NCBI GenBank assembly: GCA_964354495.1
Contig: CAYHAA010000001.1
Coordinates: 120,001 to 152,000 of the forward strand
DNA from: an uncultured archaeon
Lineage (GTDB): Archaea > Asgardarchaeota > Thorarchaeia > Thorarchaeales > Thorarchaeaceae
DNA length: 32,000 bases
Direction: 5' to 3'
Both the position numbers and the translations under genes were made by a program. Positions 26,842 through 32,000 of the stretch are shown here, one piece after another. Below the pieces are notes generated by a model, which worked only from the letters and a program-made list of their open reading frames with translations, had not been told where the DNA came from and did no database searches. Within the stretch, counting starts at the first letter, position 1; every line of letters starts with the position of its first letter.

Positions 26842-27981
26842 ATGCCCGTAGCGGTGCTGCTTATAGATTGGGACTCAAAGATAGGAGCAGTTCTGAAGGC
26901 GAAGGTACCTGCAGATTTTGCTGACTACTACCGTGAAGATCTTAATACAGAAATCATGCGTATCTTCACGTCTCACGCCATGGGTGATGCCACAGCCGGG
27001 TTTTCATCACTCAGTATTCGTATCGGCGGTGAGGAGTATGGTGTTGCATCGTATTATACTGGAGTAGTAAGAGAGGAAGAGCAATACTGTATTTCCCTCT
27101 TGCTGACGCCCTCAGAAGATCCGAAGATGTATGAGGCTGCTATCACATCAATTGTGACTCCTCTGACAAATGCTGTGGTTGCATTGACTGATGCCGAGCT
27201 TCAGGATGAGCTGGATAATACATACCGACGTATCATCAGACTCGCTGGGATGACTGATGAGTCTCGTCTGGCACGATTATTCTCTGACGAGGTTTCTCGG
27301 GCTGTATTTCCCAAGCTCTGGAAAGGTGGTATCTCAAAGGAAGAGCTTGAAGAATGGTTGAAGATGGTCACAGGTCTTCCGAGTGTCAGTATTGACTCCA
27401 TCATCGCCCCCTTTGAAGAACTTGGCCTCGTAAAGATGGAATGGGTCGATGAGATTGGTCGAACGTGTGTCTTCATGATAAAGGATCTCGAGATCTTCAG
27501 AGCCCCGCCGCTTGTGTCGATGGAGGCCGCTAGTGGAGTTCTGGATCCTGAGCTTGCTGCGGAGTATAAGTCAGAGGTACTGGAATTCCTGACGGAGTGG
27601 CAGAAGACTCCTGAGGACACAGTATCAGTCGCTCAAGTCTTGGCAGATCCTGACTGTTATGATACGCTCAGCGAACTCAGAAGACGCCCTGCTAACATAT
27701 CTGAACTGGAGGCTACACTGGGCATCCCTCCGAAGGAGCTCAAAGAAGCAATCCAAACGCTCAAGAAGTTCAGGGTGGTCGCAGAGAAACGCAGAAAGGG
27801 TGCCTCAGGCGAATATGACAAATGGCTATTCCTGCTCAATGACATTCGTGTGAGACTATTCTTCCCTGAGTATTTCTTGCAGACATTGGTGACAGATCTC
27901 GAAAAGACTCCTGATGATCCGAAGGCAATGGAGATGGTCCATCAACACCTCCGTCTTCTGCGAGACAACTTCCCTCGCTGA
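26842..27981 (+). CDS. Longin/uDENN (NPRL2-like) domain protein with C-terminal winged helices
   Basis: Start re-called to ATG 26842. N-terminus VAVLLIDWDSKIGAVLKAKVPADF fits the uDENN/longin start; two wHTH-like segments (ISKEELEEWL...FEELGLV; NISELEATLGIPPKELKEAIQTLKKFRVV). Confidence 0.65.
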   Translation: MPVAVLLIDWDSKIGAVLKAKVPADFADYYREDLNTEIMRIFTSHAMGDATAGFSSLSIRIGGEEYGVASYYTGVVREEEQYCISLLLTPSEDPKMYEAAITSIVTPLTNAVVALTDAELQDELDNTYRRIIRLAGMTDESRLARLFSDEVSRAVFPKLWKGGISKEELEEWLKMVTGLPSVSIDSIIAPFEELGLVKMEWVDEIGRTCVFMIKDLEIFRAPPLVSMEAASGVLDPELAAEYKSEVLEFLTEWQKTPEDTVSVAQVLADPDCYDTLSELRRRPANISELEATLGIPPKELKEAIQTLKKFRVVAEKRRKGASGEYDKWLFLLNDIRVRLFFPEYFLQTLVTDLEKTPDDPKAMEMVHQHLRLLRDNFPR

Positions 27982-28137
27982 TTGATAATCATCATACCAC
28001 GTATCATATGATTGTGCCTTTTTTTCTCATGAATGTTACAGAAAAAGACCTATCACACCTCGATTCAACAAAATGACAACGACTATCTTTTTTTGGTGAA
28101 CCAGAAAGCTTCTTATGGCGATTCGAGGTCTGTTCCA

Positions 28138-28319
28138 GTGTGAACTTCAAACGGGTGGCGGTCTTCCCCCGTCAGGAACTCGCAATACACGGTCCTACGA
28201 GTTCTAGTCCCTAATTGCAGTTGCGACTGCACTGTTCTTGCGCATAAACGAATTTTACCGCCCCCGGTTGAAGAACACGCTCCAACGGATGTTCGGGGTT
28301 CTCTGAACCCCCAACATCT
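28138..28319 (+). ncRNA. Unassigned structured intergenic element (candidate ncRNA or cis-regulatory RNA)
   Basis: 20-bp interrupted outer stem (28138-28162 with 28257-28278), internal hairpins at 28176-28204 and 28216-28231, and a 13-bp hairpin at 28288-28318. GC-rich island within AT-rich flanks. No match to RNA families I can recognise; strand tentative. Confidence 0.45.
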
Positions 28320-28430
28320 AACCTTGTTGTTTTACATGTGACAGTTATACACACACAAAACAAGTTAATCAAGACAATACTACCTTACATCATGTTACGT
28401 GAGCTTCCCTAGCATACTGCACGAACCACT

Positions 28431-30356
28431 ATGTTCACTGGTGAGGTAGCCTTGATTCACAACACCTTCCTCATACGACTCTCGACAAGAGAAGTACTTG
28501 CATCAACTAGGTATTGGCCCGTAAAGGTGTCGCAAGAAACTCTTGAAGAGTATATCAAAACAAGGGACGACCTGCTCTCCGAAGGGAGCGACGATACTGA
28601 TCTCAACAATCTAGCACTCATTATTGGTGAGCACAAATTCCATGGAGCAGAGCCGGTTTCAGATATACTCCTTCTATATGTCACAGATAAAGGCGAGAAT
28701 GAAAGTGCCATATTCAACAAGGTCGAAGCAGCCTCGAAGGCATTGAGGAAGGACCTCGCAAAGTCTGGCTTCGAATCAGTTCGCGAAAGGTATGCGAAGA
28801 TTGTCGAACCATCAGTGACTACTCGACTCAAGATTGCTCTTGTGGGTGAAGGTGGTGTAGGAAAGACTACGACACTCCATCTCCTGCTCGGTGACACACC
28901 CCCACTGCAGTATGTGCCGACCATTGCACTCAATCTCGAAACAGTTGAGAACATCAGATTCGGGAACTACAGCCTTGTCCTCTGGGATTTTGCAGGACAG
29001 GAACGTTTTCGAATGCTGTGGCGTTTCTATTTCCACGGAGCGGATGTGATATTCCTAGTCTGTGACTCTGCCCTGCGAAACGTCATAATCAGCAAGGACA
29101 TTCTCAAGCTCATCAAACGAGATGCTCCCAAGGTCCCTGTCTTTGCTCTGGCCAACAAACAAGACAAGCCAAATGCCATGAGGCCGGAGGTCGTGCAGAA
29201 GATACTTGGAATTCCAACCTACCCAATGGTCGCAATCGACAAGGCTAGACGCGACGAGATGCTCAGAATACTAATGACTGCTGCAGCTCAATATGTTGGA
29301 GTAGCACTGCCTGACCTTCCTGCATCAGATCTGCTGAAGTTTACGAATACAGCGACTGAAGAGGCAATCGCAGAAACCGATGCAATGGCTGAGAGGCGTG
29401 AGGCCGCAGAACTCAAGGAAGCCCGCAAAGAGGGTGAGTATGAAGCCATCGAGGTCGTTGAGGAGGTCTTAGTAGATGAGAGCGGTCATGTTGTCGAGAA
29501 TCCCGAGGATTATGAGGTCGTGGAGGAAGTCATCGAAGAGGTTGACGAAGGAGCCATTGATGAAGCAGAAGAGGAAGGGATCGCCGCATCGAATCAATCT
29601 GATGAGGCTTTGACTGCAGAGCCGAAAGAAGCGGAGGATGAAGTGGACATCTCCATCTCTGAACCGGGAGAAGCATTGGAACCACAAGCTCTTGATGTGG
29701 ATTTCTCAGATGAGCAATTGATTCATCGTGAGTTTGAACTCATAGAAAACCAAGCACTGAGTGATACAACGGAACCCATTGAAACTCCTGATGATACACT
29801 TGTTCAGAATGAATCTGAGCTGACCGGAGAAAAAGTACCCGAACCCATCCCCCTAGAGGAATTAGAGCGCTATGCGGAGCCCTCTGAAGCTTCCCCTGAA
29901 ATCGAAGAAGTGACGCCCTCACCAGCAATTGACACTCTTAAGGAAATAGAGCCAGCAGAAGATGTGCCTGTGATTGAGCCCGTCATCGAAGAAGACAATG
30001 GGGATGTCAAATTAGCCAAGGATATCATCTTCGAGGCACTCGGGGGCGATGATTTCATCTCTGCAGAGATTGATCTTGTTCCGCATACTGAGATTGATAA
30101 GGCGCTTGAGGCCTTCAAGAGCGATGAAGCCGTTTCCACCCGAGGCGAGTCGGAAACCCGTTTCGAGATTGATGAAGACTCTCTCAGGGAGCTTGAGTCG
30201 ATTCTTGGTCCTCTGGATCTCACTGCGGGCGGAGTCAAGTCTGAAGGCACTAGCGATGATGGCGAGAAAAAGAAGGATTTGCCTATCGATGACGAAACGC
30301 TCGACGAGCTAGATCGTCTGTTAGATTCTGTTGACTCAGGCGAAGATAAGAAATAG
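28431..30356 (+). CDS. Longin/roadblock-small GTPase (Arf-like) fusion with long acidic disordered tail
   Basis: N-terminal longin-like region. G1 GEGGVGKT, G2 YVPTI, G3 WDFAGQ, Arf-like RFRMLWRFYF, G4 NKQD, atypical G5. About 330 aa Glu/Asp-rich C-terminus. Confidence 0.88.
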   Translation: MFTGEVALIHNTFLIRLSTREVLASTRYWPVKVSQETLEEYIKTRDDLLSEGSDDTDLNNLALIIGEHKFHGAEPVSDILLLYVTDKGENESAIFNKVEAASKALRKDLAKSGFESVRERYAKIVEPSVTTRLKIALVGEGGVGKTTTLHLLLGDTPPLQYVPTIALNLETVENIRFGNYSLVLWDFAGQERFRMLWRFYFHGADVIFLVCDSALRNVIISKDILKLIKRDAPKVPVFALANKQDKPNAMRPEVVQKILGIPTYPMVAIDKARRDEMLRILMTAAAQYVGVALPDLPASDLLKFTNTATEEAIAETDAMAERREAAELKEARKEGEYEAIEVVEEVLVDESGHVVENPEDYEVVEEVIEEVDEGAIDEAEEEGIAASNQSDEALTAEPKEAEDEVDISISEPGEALEPQALDVDFSDEQLIHREFELIENQALSDTTEPIETPDDTLVQNESELTGEKVPEPIPLEELERYAEPSEASPEIEEVTPSPAIDTLKEIEPAEDVPVIEPVIEEDNGDVKLAKDIIFEALGGDDFISAEIDLVPHTEIDKALEAFKSDEAVSTRGESETRFEIDEDSLRELESILGPLDLTAGGVKSEGTSDDGEKKKDLPIDDETLDELDRLLDSVDSGEDKK

Positions 30357-30421
30357 CCATACCTGTTGTCTTGGCGATAGACTGATTTAGAGGTTTGAGC
30401 TAGCCAATAGTGTGAGTTCTC

Positions 30422-30781
30422 GTGAAGCTAGTGGAAGTTGAGCCTGGAAAGAACATCTCAAATCTAATCGTCAGAGTGATATCCGTAGCGCCGGCCAGAA
30501 TGATTCAGACACGGGCAGGACGCAAGACGATGCTAAAGGAAGTCCTTGTGGCTGATGATTCTGGTTCTGCAATTCTCTCTCTGTGGGGCTTCAATGAAGG
30601 CAATGACCTGTCTGCAGGATTGGTGATAAAGATCGAAGACGGTTGGGCAAAGGAGTGGCAGGGAAAAGTACAACTCTCATTGGGTCGCTCAGGAAAGTAC
30701 GAACAGCTCGAAGATGATGGCTCAATTCCATCTATTGCTGAGTTGGGTGCTTCAAAGGAGTCTACCATATCGGGAGAGTAG
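30422..30781 (+). CDS. ssb: Single OB-fold ssDNA-binding protein (crenarchaeal-type SSB/RPA)
   Basis: NLIVRVIS..PARMIQTRAG...EVLVADDSG...LSLWG...IKIEDGWAKEWQGKVQLSLGRSG; GTG start. Confidence 0.85.
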   Translation: MKLVEVEPGKNISNLIVRVISVAPARMIQTRAGRKTMLKEVLVADDSGSAILSLWGFNEGNDLSAGLVIKIEDGWAKEWQGKVQLSLGRSGKYEQLEDDGSIPSIAELGASKESTISGE

Positions 30782-30813
30782 AGCATCGCAGGAATCCACG
30801 GAGCCGTGCTGGT

Positions 30814-31314
30814 ATGGTTTTGGCATATCTTTCTGCGCCGATCATTCATGACACCTTGCGCAAGGATGATTTCTGTTCCACTGTGATAGGAACAATGGAG
30901 GATAATGGTGTCACAGTCTTCGCACCACAACTCTTGGCAGCACGTGAACCTAATCTTATCTACAGACGCGATGTTGAGCATGTCAGAATGTGTGATTTGC
31001 TTATCGCTGAGGTTTCAAGTCCATCGCTTGGAGTTGGGATGGAGATTATGCTGGCCATCGAACTGATGAAACCTGTGCTAATGTTTCTCCAATCCAATTC
31101 TGAACGAGTGTCCAAGATGGTGCTAGGGGCTGAGGGAAAAGTGCTTTTCAGATATGAGTCCTTGAAAGAGGTAGATCAGGTTCTTCGCTCCTTTGATGCT
31201 GAGAACTTGATAGTCCAGAAGTGTACGGCCTGTGATAGCCAAGTGGCAGAAGTCCTAGAGGACAAGACTCGTTGCATTGCATGTGGCCATACGGGCCGTA
31301 ATCCTGTGGTGTAG
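30814..31314 (+). CDS. Nucleoside 2-deoxyribosyltransferase / DNPH1-like hydrolase with C-terminal zinc ribbon
   Basis: AYLSAPI, IYRRDVEHVRMCDLLIAEVSSPSLGVGMEI catalytic pattern; C-terminal CTACD...CIACG. Confidence 0.85.
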   Translation: MVLAYLSAPIIHDTLRKDDFCSTVIGTMEDNGVTVFAPQLLAAREPNLIYRRDVEHVRMCDLLIAEVSSPSLGVGMEIMLAIELMKPVLMFLQSNSERVSKMVLGAEGKVLFRYESLKEVDQVLRSFDAENLIVQKCTACDSQVAEVLEDKTRCIACGHTGRNPVV

Positions 31315-31318
31315 GGCA

Positions 31319-32000
31319 ATGCCAACATCGAACATCGATGAATCGATAAGTGGAGCCAGAGTGGTGCTGCTGTTGATACTCTCCGTTTCGATGGTATCGA
31401 GCGCCAGTATCTTGATTACGGTGAGCACATCTCCTTCCCTCGTGAAGGTGTTTTGGAGAACACTATATGGATCTCTCTTTATGGCTGCTATCGGAGTTGT
31501 CAGAGGCGACCTCGTTGCGCTGAAAGGACCACAAACACGTGGAACTTGTCCGTGGCTTGTTGGAATCGGTGTCATTCTCTCCCTACATTTCTCGACTTGG
31601 TTTCAATCGCTCGAGATGACATCTATTTCTGCAAGTGTAGTTCTTGTGGATTCATCTCCAATCTTCGTTGCCATTCTCTCTACGCTCTTCCTAGGTGAAT
31701 CTCTGCGGAGACGTTCATGGATTGGCATTCTAGTAGCCGTTACTGGAGCCATCTTCTTGGCATGGGTCGACTACGATGGTCTAGATTTGGGCGCATTGAC
31801 CGGCGACCTTCTGGCACTTGCTGGTGCCGTATTCCTTGCAATCTACTTCATAGGCGGAAGAAGATACGCCCGAGGAGTGCCAATTACCGTCTACACTTCC
31901 ATTGTCTATCTTGCTGCGGCAATCACGACTCTGGGTCTGTGCATTCTAAGTGGATACAACGTATTAGTTTTCGAGCCATCTGAGGTCCTTATATTCATAG
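31319..32000 (+). CDS. EamA/DMT-family transporter (3'-truncated by window edge)
   Basis: Not in the ORF track. Open frame from ATG 31319: ...VFWRTLYGSLF...LSLHFSTWFQSLEMTSISASVVLVDSSPIFVAILSTLFLGESL...GDLLALAGAVFLAIY, which carries EamA signatures. Confidence 0.92.
   Translation, partial: MPTSNIDESISGARVVLLLILSVSMVSSASILITVSTSPSLVKVFWRTLYGSLFMAAIGVVRGDLVALKGPQTRGTCPWLVGIGVILSLHFSTWFQSLEMTSISASVVLVDSSPIFVAILSTLFLGESLRRRSWIGILVAVTGAIFLAWVDYDGLDLGALTGDLLALAGAVFLAIYFIGGRRYARGVPITVYTSIVYLAAAITTLGLCILSGYNVLVFEPSEVLIFI

Noticed and set aside
28138-28278. The GAA/A internal loop resembles the archaeal SECIS core
   Set aside because: The apical region is about 95 nt, far larger than a SECIS, and neither flanking gene has a plausible in-frame Sec TGA (read-through of the 27981 stop ends after 9 codons).
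28130-28290. Partial resemblances to cobalamin (CGCAACTG, minus strand), c-di-AMP (CCCGTCAG) and fluoride (TCGCCATAA) riboswitches and to RNase P/SRP segments
   Set aside because: Only isolated 7-10 nt fragments match; the other required conserved blocks and their order are absent.
526-31983. Numerous short antisense or overlapping ORFs in the track (e.g. 16988-17398, 30505-30981, 31453-31698, 31717-31983)
   Set aside because: They lie opposite or out of frame within well-supported genes and have no recognisable motifs. The true 3'-end gene is the EamA frame from 31319.
1-32000. Mobile elements, CRISPR arrays, tRNA/rRNA genes, frameshifts or inteins
   Set aside because: No transposase/integrase motifs, regularly spaced repeats, cloverleaf or rRNA signatures, or interrupted conserved genes were seen.

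Overview
Gene-dense archaeal chromosomal window that most likely comes from an Asgard archaeon (Thorarchaeia-like). This is inferred from gene content: class I LysRS, archaeal CCA enzyme, TrmY, short XPF, archaeal Ino1/AIPS, plus many eukaryotic-signature-type proteins. About 38 CDSs are supportable. I found no rRNA, tRNA, CRISPR array or mobile element. Highlights: (1) a 5' cluster of three V4R/TRAPP(Bet3)-fold genes with a roadblock/longin-wHTH gene and two related 4-TM membrane proteins; (2) a PfkB-family gene coupled to archaetidylinositol-phosphate synthase whose catalytic GAGD motif has become EAGA; (3) a CdrS-like ribbon-helix-helix gene heading a minimal FtsE/FtsX-like ABC pair and a SNAP/TPR-PCI protein, divergent from a Rab-like GTPase; (4) a probable cobalamin-uptake operon (DUF4430 + ECF S component) with a palindromic operator; (5) an NPRL2/uDENN-like longin-wHTH gene and a longin-Arf-like GTPase with a long acidic tail, separated by a 450-bp intergenic region holding a GC-rich, multi-stem, possibly bistable structured element of unknown type. 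All assignments come from motif recognition by eye; no database searches were run.
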